Shown one piece after another: positions 36,701-44,907 of a DNA stretch of 62,021 nucleotides. Under the pieces are notes generated by a model, which worked only from the letters and a program-made list of their open reading frames with translations, made no database searches and was not told where the DNA came from. The DNA lies in the IMG/VR virus record IMGVR_UViG_3300021964_000060, positions 1 to 62,021 of that record; one strand, written 5' to 3'. The DNA comes from a virus. Lineage: Duplodnaviria > Caudoviricetes. The position numbers were made by a program, and so were the translations under genes. Position 1 is the first letter of the stretch. Each line of letters opens with the position of its first letter.

Positions 36701-37939
36701 AGACCAATAATATTTTCTGGCATCAAAAATAGTATCTATTCTTTCTTTATTGCCCCAGTCAACTGTAGCACAAAGAGTTTGCCAGTATGTCTTAACAGAA
36801 GCAGTGTTTTGACTGAAAAGATCTAGTGTAATATCTGTTAAGGTATCTAACTTGTTATATGCTCCACTACCTATTGAAAACTCAGCAAGAATTAAATCCT
36901 TTACAAATGAATATAAGAATTTTTCTCTTTCTGGGTTAGGCAATAAAGCGGTTCTATAGTTTTTACTGTTTAATCTTGTGTGAGCATCTCCTCCCCATTC
37001 AAGATCCATCATATACATTTCAATTGCAAATTGTACATCTCTATGACATTTATCTCTAAAGACAAACATATCTCTGTCTTCATATTGTGTCACAGCATTT
37101 TGGCCACCATATTGTGTATTAAAGTTATCACCATTAGTGTCTGTCCATGTAGTATTTGCGAGAGCTTGTTCAAATGCTGATTCCGCAATTGCAATTTTTT
37201 TATCGGTTAGTATATCTCTTTCTCTAACAAACAAATTACCTTTCGGAATTTTAAATCCTTTTCCGCAAGCTCTATAATCATCCGTTTGCTGTTTTGTAAT
37301 AAATTGTTCATCATTAAAGTTTGTAGCTTTCCTAATTCCTTGCCCGACATTACCAAAGGGTGAATTTGGAAAATTTAACAACGATTGTGTTCTACGAACA
37401 ACATTAAAGTTATCACCTTCACCAGATTGACGATGCTCCCAATAATACCCATCAAAATTATCAAAAATTCCGTATTTACGTATAGCGGGATTAGGTGCAA
37501 AATCTGCAGTTGATACTGTTGCTTTAACACCAAATGTTGCTGCTGAAACACGACCTGGTTGATATCTAAAGAAACGCTTTGACGTTAAAATAGCATTTTT
37601 ATCTCTAACTGCTTCAACTAATGCGCCAGCTTCATTAGGTAAGTGTTTAATACCTAATCCTGGAGTATATATAGGTGGCTGAGAAGACCATTCTGATGGG
37701 TTAACATCATAGGTGTTAACATCAGCAAAAATACCTAATGCAACTTCAGCACGTGGAATGCCCAAGAGTGAAAGTGATACTTCCGACTGTACTTTGTTTT
37801 GCTCCTCAACAGGAATTGGTTGTTGATCTGAAGCAAGTACAACAGGAATGGATCTCGATGCAGGCTGTTGTCCTGGTGATACAGGAGTTGTACGACCAAC
37901 GTTTACAACACTGCTATTTGAATTAATTCTAGTTGACAT
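33716..37939 (-). CDS. Large virion protein (1407 aa), FRYQPGR..FSWYG family, with two helical KC.RD inserts
   Basis: SLLGIPRAE, FRYQPGRVS, KVTMLKVEFSWYGAVGA, GEARWVRVH and KYGASYYIDGGD motifs; KCHRD and KCARD segments. Confidence 0.8.
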   Translation of the reverse strand: MSTRINSNSSVVNVGRTTPVSPGQQPASRSIPVVLASDQQPIPVEEQNKVQSEVSLSLLGIPRAEVALGIFADVNTYDVNPSEWSSQPPIYTPGLGIKHLPNEAGALVEAVRDKNAILTSKRFFRYQPGRVSAATFGVKATVSTADFAPNPAIRKYGIFDNFDGYYWEHRQSGEGDNFNVVRRTQSLLNFPNSPFGNVGQGIRKATNFNDEQFITKQQTDDYRACGKGFKIPKGNLFVRERDILTDKKIAIAESAFEQALANTTWTDTNGDNFNTQYGGQNAVTQYEDRDMFVFRDKCHRDVQFAIEMYMMDLEWGGDAHTRLNSKNYRTALLPNPEREKFLYSFVKDLILAEFSIGSGAYNKLDTLTDITLDLFSQNTASVKTYWQTLCATVDWGNKERIDTIFDARKYYWSYFVSSYSAGDVDAGATIPYSNTAIHSTSNAVNYRYNPINGPGDGLDFMVNQVIPGYVPPLTQLYGTDVSATMALELNRFYENIKYKCARDLLYVIDGYKNDIVGGGNAETKYNMSMYYKGDGQSIYSQSQDGNSQVSERSRHTHLRDMILEDLKEAPFNMNTSNPIESKIISLAGDLIENFNSESTIAVEYGTRGFAANLVAFRDGLPMIHAAVNDPSLLKPIEKIKAHTRFEFIDFNNDGTAGPGPDDYDMNNARLDGYQTVFTLTKGIVTFGQKVRMYTGNGQDWPVVTGTSGESVGGWQNGAIFTVDRVIGAKGNQFTIRAYKYSNNPEGQKVFTIDPDTGEDFTPQTNDDGDNYVYFELVTPFEVPEVYDPQYYRFDTREAGTITNIDGVNISTNYDDDSDPFIKGMQFPLKYSSNIQLDDAEAVYLGYIDTSLDSNVNANLSEIRRQYDNINFNIEYINWIKNNVNPEYWGVYEYRVPRSRFSHDKLDGKVSKRVYSDVATGPTGIVRPGANVQDQDGLWEDAISLYNFDFTKVTMLKVEFSWYGAVGALFLAYVPIDNGEARWVRVHHLRASNQLKIASLGNATLPITYNVWGGGSEITGGDLEYQTDTYNYGNASHHIVKYGASYYIDGGDRGTVRLYSHNNNTTVDAVGKKWQITTTGAAASRQYEITELTTTDGVPIPSNKTFFMGAELQTGDARDQGIKVNWVNGNFVEFTRQPVGQGITLVTDRAPTAYGLETKDVIVSAVNSSGVRNRVQVYPTKLSTANLGNNPVRMRMKKTPVFQTEDVIDGTLNLSAEYTISAEGLPLTVTESAAPDPFLLNNAEKYGWFQARVLGEEVTVFGRLYKLANSYYFDMFDTFTDTVTLKTGEFLPDDRFAYQANTVTGDVNVITYSDETRTILPSQDSLTSINVVNNPVLPIPGTGTSVATLYLTQGTEQIELNTYFDYNKEYLSYPLTDEVESLYIAVDSDTLVGENTDPIAVGITWEEQ

Positions 37940-37942
37940 AAC

Positions 37943-40900
37943 TTATTCTATCCTTCCCGCTGCAATAACAACATCCTTTCTGGACATTAATTTACCCCCG
38001 TAACCACCAACTGCTGTTTGTCCTTGTACTGGGTCAATATAATTTGCCCACTTCCATCTAATTACCACTTCTAAAATGTTATTTGGTAACTCATTACTAT
38101 TTATAATTTCTCCAAAACCTTCTGGAATATGTTCAATGTTTCCTGGGCCAACGTAAGTGGTACCTGCACTAAATCCCAAGTGGGCATTTAATCCACCTGA
38201 TTGAGGTGTGACAATTTGTGTATTCGATACAGATTCATAATTTTGTAATCTAATTGTATAATCCGAATAATATACACCCGATCCAACAGGATATTCATAC
38301 GGAACAGTCCATTGTCCTCTACCTGCTTGGTCAGATGTATTAATAATGTTAGATGTTTCTACGAATTTAAATATTGAAGAAAGCCATCCTAATCCAATAT
38401 GGTTAGCGTTACCGTTAACAGTTCTTCCTGCACCAACTGGAATGACATTATCTGTATTTCTCATAAATTCTTGTGCATACACACCGCCGACCGCTTTAAC
38501 AGAAAATACTGCTCCTGCTCCCGCCCCGGTTGTATTCCATCCGCTAAAAGAAGTGAGATTTTCATATGTCTTAGATTGGATAATTGATTGTTGTTGACTT
38601 GCAACCTCAAATGCTTCAATTGATCCAGTTGCAACGTTAGCAACTAGTACATTTAAAGTTATGTCATTAGATCCTGTATTGCCACCCAAGAAGTTTCCTT
38701 CAATCGTAATAATATCACCGTTTACAAAATCTTGACCAGGATTTGTCATCAATACATCTGTGTATCTTCCGGAGTTAGACCTTAACCTTTCAACAGAATC
38801 TGAAGAAATTGTAAATGCAAATCCTCCTTCAGATAAAGGAGATGCTGTTGACGGATCTCTATTGATAGCGAAATAATCTTCAGCATTATCGATGAATACC
38901 CATTCTGTTTCTGTACCTGTTAACGGATCTTTCGCAATACCGTATGCCTGATATGATAGTGTAGAACCTGTTAAGTCAAAATTTTCACCATTTTCTTGAT
39001 AAACAAACTTATCAGATTCAAATAATGTGAATCCGCCTGCAATTGTACTATTACTTAGATCAATATTGATTTGGTCATATTGTGAATTAAATGCATCTGG
39101 GTTAGGTAAAAATTCTCCTGCAGGTCCGATAAGAATATTTGGCTCTGCGACTAAGAATCTAGATCCATAAGTCAATAACCCAGATCCGCATGCCACAATA
39201 ATATTACCAGAAATAACACCTTTATCGGTAACAGAAGTGTTTACATTATCTGTAAAGTTTTCAAATCTATTCGATACAATTGATGTATTTTCTCCGCCTT
39301 GCAATTGCAAAGGTGAGAATAAGTTTCTATCTGTTAATCCAGAATCCTTTACCTCAGATGCAAAAATTTTAAAATTAGATCCGTTGTTTGCATAGATGCC
39401 GCCACCAATCATTGAGTTCACACGCACCTTATCAATAAGAATTGAGTCTGAGCCCTCACCAAAATCTAATGCATAGTTTTTTGCATCATCATTTACATCA
39501 TTGAAAAGAATTTGATTGACTGCATTACCTTGTATATCAAAACCTACAAAAGATATATTCCTAGGAGTTCCTGAAGATGCTCTTAATATTTTATTAGATG
39601 GATTATCACCATAACCCGACCAAGGCATTTTCGTTATACTTGTATTATACGCAAATCCATTAATACCAAAATCGTTAGGTATTGTCAATCCGGATACAAT
39701 ATAATTCTTAGGGTTTAACTGAACGGCTTTTCTTCCGTTTGTTGCATTGAAGTTAATTGCTTGTTGAATTTTAGTTGTATCATTGTGACAAATCCAGCAT
39801 CCGTCCGATTCACCTTGAACAACATCATCTAGGTATAAATCAATATATTCACTTTGTTCAAAATTGTTTGGGTTTTGATATCTAACTTCGGTTATAGTTC
39901 TATCTATCCAACCCTTTCTTGGCGAAGAAGGCTCTGATTTAGGTCTAAATAAAACTGTTTCTTCTGGAAGATACTTATTAGCCGTACCGCCTGTTACTAA
40001 TTGGAACTTTTTATTATATGTAAGGATATCATCTGAATAATAATCAATCCATGCACCTAGAGCAATTTCCCTTGGACCTAATACAGCAACTAATTCATGT
40101 GAACCCGAAGCATTAGCAATATCGTTATTTGCATTTTCCCAGGCACCTAAGAATCTTCTGTAAATTAAAAGACCTCTATCGCCACCTTCAGGTAATCCTG
40201 TAAAGTTTAATTGAATAAAGTTTTCAACACTAAATGCATCTAGGAATCTTTGAGCATCATATTCAGTAAATTCTGGATCCAGTTCATCAATAAATTCCGG
40301 TACACCAATGTATACTTCAACAGGTGATGATCCGACTGCGGATTGTCCTGTCTCTAAACTCCATTCAGCAACTCGATACGAGAAACCTAAATGTGGTCTG
40401 TCAGGTCCCAGGTCATTAGTTCTTTGTTCTGTTCTAAATCCTATCACTAAAGGATTTATATCTGCTGTACCTGTAATGGATTGTGAAGCGTTTCCGTCTG
40501 CTCCAAAAATTCTAATGTTCTGATCTTTTCTATAACCTAAGAATCTTTCGTTTTGGCTTGTTCTTTCAGCGCCTGCACCACCAGGAATAGTACCAATTCG
40601 ATTAATTCTAATTACATTTGTTTCTGATTCAACAACGCTAGGTAAAATAAATTGACCAATAGTATCGGTATAAGAATCTTTAACATTACCTTCATCGAAT
40701 GTTGCAGCAAATGAATTATAAAATCTACCAAAATTATCATCAAAAAATGTTTCTACACGGTTATCGGTGTAATATAGATTATCGCCTTCTTTTAGTGCGG
40801 TTGTATCAATAATCTGACCGTCTGATATCACTCCATTTTGTTTTGGTTGGTATACTAATTCGACACCAGCTTCAGTTAATGTGTTAACCCTAAACCGTAC

Positions 40901-41278
40901 AAATCCTCCCGAATCCTGTTCATCAAAGTTATTAAGTTGATGAACGTCTGTAGGAATAAATGGAGTGTTTACATGGTTATTATAGTTTAAAAGAAATGCT
41001 AAATCTACAGGTGTAATAATTCCTGTATTAGCATCTAAACTTTGAATTGTAGTAGCTTGTAATTCGTTTAATCCTGTAACAGGATCTCTATAATCATTTA
41101 CAGCGTTTACGATTAAATCAGCATTTTCACTAAATGTAGCTTGGTCAACAATGATGTTTTTTAAACTACCAAATGTAATACCGGACGTTACGCCTTCGCT
41201 AAAATCAGCTACCGCAAAGACATCTGTGTTAGCAAGAGCGGTTAACCTGGGTTGTAGTTCAGTAATTTTTATTGACAT
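37943..41278 (-). CDS. Tailspike-like protein (1111 aa) with a right-handed beta-helix (putative depolymerase)
   Basis: MSIKITEL..L..L...DVFAV.D fibre N-terminus. NDTTKIQQAIN...VQLNPKNYIVSGLTIP is a pectate-lyase-3-like cap, followed by beta-helix rungs (NISFVGFDIQGN, SILIDKVRV, IVSNRFEN, ISGNII). Confidence 0.75.
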   Translation of the reverse strand: MSIKITELQPRLTALANTDVFAVADFSEGVTSGITFGSLKNIIVDQATFSENADLIVNAVNDYRDPVTGLNELQATTIQSLDANTGIITPVDLAFLLNYNNHVNTPFIPTDVHQLNNFDEQDSGGFVRFRVNTLTEAGVELVYQPKQNGVISDGQIIDTTALKEGDNLYYTDNRVETFFDDNFGRFYNSFAATFDEGNVKDSYTDTIGQFILPSVVESETNVIRINRIGTIPGGAGAERTSQNERFLGYRKDQNIRIFGADGNASQSITGTADINPLVIGFRTEQRTNDLGPDRPHLGFSYRVAEWSLETGQSAVGSSPVEVYIGVPEFIDELDPEFTEYDAQRFLDAFSVENFIQLNFTGLPEGGDRGLLIYRRFLGAWENANNDIANASGSHELVAVLGPREIALGAWIDYYSDDILTYNKKFQLVTGGTANKYLPEETVLFRPKSEPSSPRKGWIDRTITEVRYQNPNNFEQSEYIDLYLDDVVQGESDGCWICHNDTTKIQQAINFNATNGRKAVQLNPKNYIVSGLTIPNDFGINGFAYNTSITKMPWSGYGDNPSNKILRASSGTPRNISFVGFDIQGNAVNQILFNDVNDDAKNYALDFGEGSDSILIDKVRVNSMIGGGIYANNGSNFKIFASEVKDSGLTDRNLFSPLQLQGGENTSIVSNRFENFTDNVNTSVTDKGVISGNIIVACGSGLLTYGSRFLVAEPNILIGPAGEFLPNPDAFNSQYDQINIDLSNSTIAGGFTLFESDKFVYQENGENFDLTGSTLSYQAYGIAKDPLTGTETEWVFIDNAEDYFAINRDPSTASPLSEGGFAFTISSDSVERLRSNSGRYTDVLMTNPGQDFVNGDIITIEGNFLGGNTGSNDITLNVLVANVATGSIEAFEVASQQQSIIQSKTYENLTSFSGWNTTGAGAGAVFSVKAVGGVYAQEFMRNTDNVIPVGAGRTVNGNANHIGLGWLSSIFKFVETSNIINTSDQAGRGQWTVPYEYPVGSGVYYSDYTIRLQNYESVSNTQIVTPQSGGLNAHLGFSAGTTYVGPGNIEHIPEGFGEIINSNELPNNILEVVIRWKWANYIDPVQGQTAVGGYGGKLMSRKDVVIAAGRIE

Positions 41279-41311
41279 TTAATGAATATCCTAAAATATT
41301 ATTGTTTGTTT

Positions 41312-41319
41312 TATTTATA
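41312..41319 (-). promoter_or_regulatory. T4-type late promoter TATAAATA heading the 41278-24986 cassette
   Basis: tatttata at 41312-41319, overlapping the upstream stop, 33 nt before ATG 41278. Confidence 0.75.
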
Positions 41320-42070
41320 TTGCTTGCGGATCAAATTCAGCAGTTTCCCACCAATCACCCCAAACATTATCGCCTAAAGGTTTTAATCTTTTTCTTATTT
41401 GAAATGTTGATCTAAGGTAATTCACCTCAGATGTTGTAGCATCAGAAACAGATTGCTCAACATTATTACCTGACACATTTTCTTTATATGTGTTAGATCT
41501 ATTATAAACTTTATAAGTCTTTTCCGGAACAACAGTTTCTACGCTATGTGTTATAGTAGAAATTCCTTTAGGAAAAATTCTAGACATTAAACCTAACTCA
41601 TTCACTCTTTCTTCTTTAGTTTGAATCCAAACAATTTGTCTATTAGAAATGTAATCATCAACAGTTTCTTTAATATATGTATAACAATCATCTAATGAGG
41701 TAAAATTTCTAGATATTACTGTATCATCAGTTTCTGCAGTCATTCCTGGATGATTTACGATGTACTCCCCAGCATCTTCTATATTTTCTTTTCCAAAAAT
41801 TAATCGTAAATACTGAACGTTAGATAAATATCCTAACATTCCCTGTCTCCAGAATTGAGGAATTGAGTGATCTGTGTGTAATAAGTGCAAGTGTTGTTCC
41901 GGATCTTGGCTTCTTGGGTCACCTAGTTCTGGATGGTTTTTAAAATATTCGACCAAAAATTTTCTGGACTCAACACACCCATCACCTTGAACTTCAGCAT
42001 CAGGTACAGTTACACTAAATAACTCAATCATGCGCTGCATTTTAATTAAATCAATTCTATATTTGCTCAT
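41315..42070 (-). CDS. Hypothetical protein (251 aa)
   Basis: ORF coupled to the upstream Gly-rich gene by a 4-nt overlap. Globular composition with no recognised motif. Confidence 0.7.
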   Translation of the reverse strand: MSKYRIDLIKMQRMIELFSVTVPDAEVQGDGCVESRKFLVEYFKNHPELGDPRSQDPEQHLHLLHTDHSIPQFWRQGMLGYLSNVQYLRLIFGKENIEDAGEYIVNHPGMTAETDDTVISRNFTSLDDCYTYIKETVDDYISNRQIVWIQTKEERVNELGLMSRIFPKGISTITHSVETVVPEKTYKVYNRSNTYKENVSGNNVEQSVSDATTSEVNYLRSTFQIRKRLKPLGDNVWGDWWETAEFDPQAI

Positions 42071-43302
42071 AGTTCAGATCCTAATCTTACTCCGCCAATA
42101 TCAACGACTTGAACATTTGCATCCGTTCCGGAAACTCTAACTGCCTGTCCTCCGGCGCCGCCCCTGCCGCCGCCAGATCTGGTACTATCACCTCCCGGTT
42201 GGCCCCAGCCGCCACCACCACCAGTTTCACTACCATTAGAGCCATCGCCGCCCCAGGCTCCTCCGTTTCCGCCACCATTATTGTCACCGGTGCCTCCTGT
42301 TGCGGTTTGTCTCCAGTCACGGCCTCCGCCACCGCCACCACCGTATAGTGTAGAAGCTTTGGTTCTTGTGCGTCTTCCGCCACCGCCGCCGCCAGCAAAT
42401 CCGCCAGCTCCCGGTTCGTTACCGCCACCATTAGCGCCTCTTAGAATATTTGCATCGTTTCCTTCATTACCAGATATAGCTCCTGCACCGGTACCCGTGC
42501 CGCCTGCTCCGTTATATGCTCTTCCGTTTCCACCGCCAGCGGCACCGCCGCCGCCTCCGCCAGAGCCAACATCGGATCCGCCACCGCCGCCTCCGCCAGC
42601 TAAAATAAACCCTGCATTAAGAACTCGGACTAAAGGTAAAACACTATCTGGATCATTGACGTTTTGCCTACCTGCATTTACTTCTATAGCATCGCCGCCA
42701 ACTTGACCGGATCCTCCATCACCTCCGCCTTGACCACCTTTTCCTAATATAATTCCTCTTGAATCAACTGTAATAGGGTTTACCCAAGCAGCTCCACCGT
42801 TGGGATTATTAGTGGCTTTATCTATTTTAATTGTAGGATTTTGTACTGATGTTCCATAGATAATTACATCTGCAGGTATGAGAATAACTAATTCACTAAA
42901 TCCATTCCATCCTTGTGCAACTGCATTTGATAATAAATCATAGTTTGATGTTTGATAGGTTCTGTATGTTTGACCTCCAGCGGTTGTGAAAGTGTTAAAA
43001 TCACTTGGACCAGGAAGTTGTCCATCAGGATATCCAATTGCCGCATCTTCAGGATTACCGCCAAAATACCATGTGTGTATATTTTCTGCCCCATAGAAAT
43101 CACTTAATGAAATAGGGGAACCTTTTGAAGGTATATCTCTGTCAGCTGAAAAAAATTCTGAAATAGCAGTAAACCCTACATCATTAAATTCGGCCCTCAC
43201 ATCACCCAGAGAAATAGGTACGCCATTTCCTTGAAGAATACTAGTTTGAATATTATCAGTACTAGTATTAGATGAACCAACAATAAAATCCGTATTAGCC
43301 AT
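42067..43302 (-). CDS. gp38-like glycine-rich adhesin (411 aa)
   Basis: GIILGKGGQGG...GGDAI...VRVLNAGFILAGGGGGGG, polyglycine tracts and C-terminal GGAGGQAV...GGVRLGSEL match the T2/S16-type gp38 layout. Directly follows an S74-bearing fibre. Confidence 0.75.
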   Translation of the reverse strand: MANTDFIVGSSNTSTDNIQTSILQGNGVPISLGDVRAEFNDVGFTAISEFFSADRDIPSKGSPISLSDFYGAENIHTWYFGGNPEDAAIGYPDGQLPGPSDFNTFTTAGGQTYRTYQTSNYDLLSNAVAQGWNGFSELVILIPADVIIYGTSVQNPTIKIDKATNNPNGGAAWVNPITVDSRGIILGKGGQGGGDGGSGQVGGDAIEVNAGRQNVNDPDSVLPLVRVLNAGFILAGGGGGGGSDVGSGGGGGGAAGGGNGRAYNGAGGTGTGAGAISGNEGNDANILRGANGGGNEPGAGGFAGGGGGGRRTRTKASTLYGGGGGGGRDWRQTATGGTGDNNGGGNGGAWGGDGSNGSETGGGGGWGQPGGDSTRSGGGRGGAGGQAVRVSGTDANVQVVDIGGVRLGSEL

Positions 43303-44729
43303 TACTTTGTTCTTTTTAATTCTTCAATTTCTTGTTTTAACTCTTTAATTGCTTCTACTAAAAGTCCAACAACGTTGCCGTATCTAATAGCTTTCATTTC
43401 ATCTGGGGTTTCATAAACTGCTTCAGGCAAAACTTTTTCTAATTCTTGAGCTATAAGACCTGTTGTTCTTATTTCAGGTTTATCTTTATAATTAAATGTA
43501 ATACCCTGTAAGGTTGAAACCTTATCCAATGCGTTAGGTATAACATCAATATTTTCTTTTAATCGAATATCTGAAGCATCCGTGAAAGCCGTAACATCGC
43601 CGTCTGCATAGATAGAGCCATCAGACATATCGAAATATACTTTTGTAGTATCAATTCCTAATGCAGCGTCAAGATATTTAAAATTAAAGAAATTAGGAAC
43701 AGAAAAATTCATTTGACCGTAAGTCTGTCTAACAATAAAGTTTTGACTCAGTCGGTTGTATTGCATTTTAACAGCATCTTCTCCTGCTGCCTCTGTCCAA
43801 TTAGATCCAAAAATTAACTGTGTATCATCACGTAAAGCCATTCCACCCTGTACGATTTCTGATACAAAATATTCACCAGCATTGTCTGGATTTTCTGTAG
43901 GTTCTGTTCTAACGTATCGTGTGTCGCCATCAGATATAGATGTAAAGTTATTATCAATTTCAGTTCGTGTGTAATACCTTGTATCGTGGAAGTGAGAATC
44001 ATCTCGAACTTTTAAGAATGCCTTAATGTCACCTGATCCATCTATAATCATTTCACCTGAAACATGACCTTGGGTTCCGACTGAAATAGGTCCTTGGTCA
44101 TCATCTGTTAATAATTTAAAGTCATCTGAAAATTGTATAGTTCTTGCTGTCTTCCATCTGTCGGCTGTACCAACATTTGAAAATCTTATTTCTTCTGGGA
44201 AAAGCGCATCATCAAAAAGAATATTAGTACCTGTAACGATACCAGGATTTGCATTTCCTGTTAGTACATTTCTAGAATTTGATCTTTGAATTATAAGTTT
44301 TGTCGTAATAGGATCTACACCCACATCACCTGGATAGTACCCTGTAAATACTAATGACTCGCTGTCAACACCAGTTCCTATTGAAAATGTTTCATCAGCA
44401 GTTGTTTCACCAAATCTAAACTGTATTGCATTTTCTATGCCACCTTCAGGTACAAATATTTCTTGCATGTATGTTCTAAATACAGGGGAAGAAGCTAGAG
44501 TTCCGACTGTAATTCTATTTGTTGCACCATCTAAAGGATATAATTCGTCAGAATATAACCCACCAGTTGTTTTTATATCACTATCAATATATAACTGTGC
44601 GTCATTATTTGCGCTAGGACCACCTAGCGTAGCAACATTTGAAAGTGACGTAATAATTTCGTTTGTACGATTTTTCCACGTATCAAACGTATTTGTATTT
44701 ACTACTGCTTGTAAATTTCTAATTGTCAT
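43302..44729 (-). CDS. Tail fibre (475 aa) with C-terminal peptidase S74 intramolecular chaperone
   Basis: SDIRLKENI..IPNALDKV..LQGITF...GLIAQELEKVLPEAV...YGNVVGLLVEAIKEL; HFH motif in the shaft. Confidence 0.9.
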   Translation of the reverse strand: MTIRNLQAVVNTNTFDTWKNRTNEIITSLSNVATLGGPSANNDAQLYIDSDIKTTGGLYSDELYPLDGATNRITVGTLASSPVFRTYMQEIFVPEGGIENAIQFRFGETTADETFSIGTGVDSESLVFTGYYPGDVGVDPITTKLIIQRSNSRNVLTGNANPGIVTGTNILFDDALFPEEIRFSNVGTADRWKTARTIQFSDDFKLLTDDDQGPISVGTQGHVSGEMIIDGSGDIKAFLKVRDDSHFHDTRYYTRTEIDNNFTSISDGDTRYVRTEPTENPDNAGEYFVSEIVQGGMALRDDTQLIFGSNWTEAAGEDAVKMQYNRLSQNFIVRQTYGQMNFSVPNFFNFKYLDAALGIDTTKVYFDMSDGSIYADGDVTAFTDASDIRLKENIDVIPNALDKVSTLQGITFNYKDKPEIRTTGLIAQELEKVLPEAVYETPDEMKAIRYGNVVGLLVEAIKELKQEIEELKRTK

Positions 44730-44907
44730 TTTGTTCTAGCTTCCGTAATTTATTAGATAGTTCAAGCACACATTCTTCGAGTTGTGCTACACGTTTAGTT
44801 AAATTTTCAACCATATTAACATTTTTATTTCTTAACTTAGCAGCTTTATATTCGGCATAATCGTTTGCGACTAAGGCTTTACTATTTGTTCTTGTTAACT
44901 TTTCCAT
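44719..44907 (-). CDS. Small coiled-coil protein (62 aa) following VrlC
   Basis: Overlaps both neighbours; SKALVAND..EYKAAK followed by a heptad tail. Confidence 0.7.
   Translation of the reverse strand: MEKLTRTNSKALVANDYAEYKAAKLRNKNVNMVENLTKRVAQLEECVLELSNKLRKLEQNDN

Noticed and set aside
42087-42706. Overlapping alternate-frame ORFs and ccgcc/ccacc microrepeats
   Set aside because: Products of Gly codon runs in the gp38-like gene; no independent start signals seen.
43980-44000. HFH (HxH) iron-binding motif in the S74 fibre
   Set aside because: A single HxH is common in fibres and too weak to claim metal binding.
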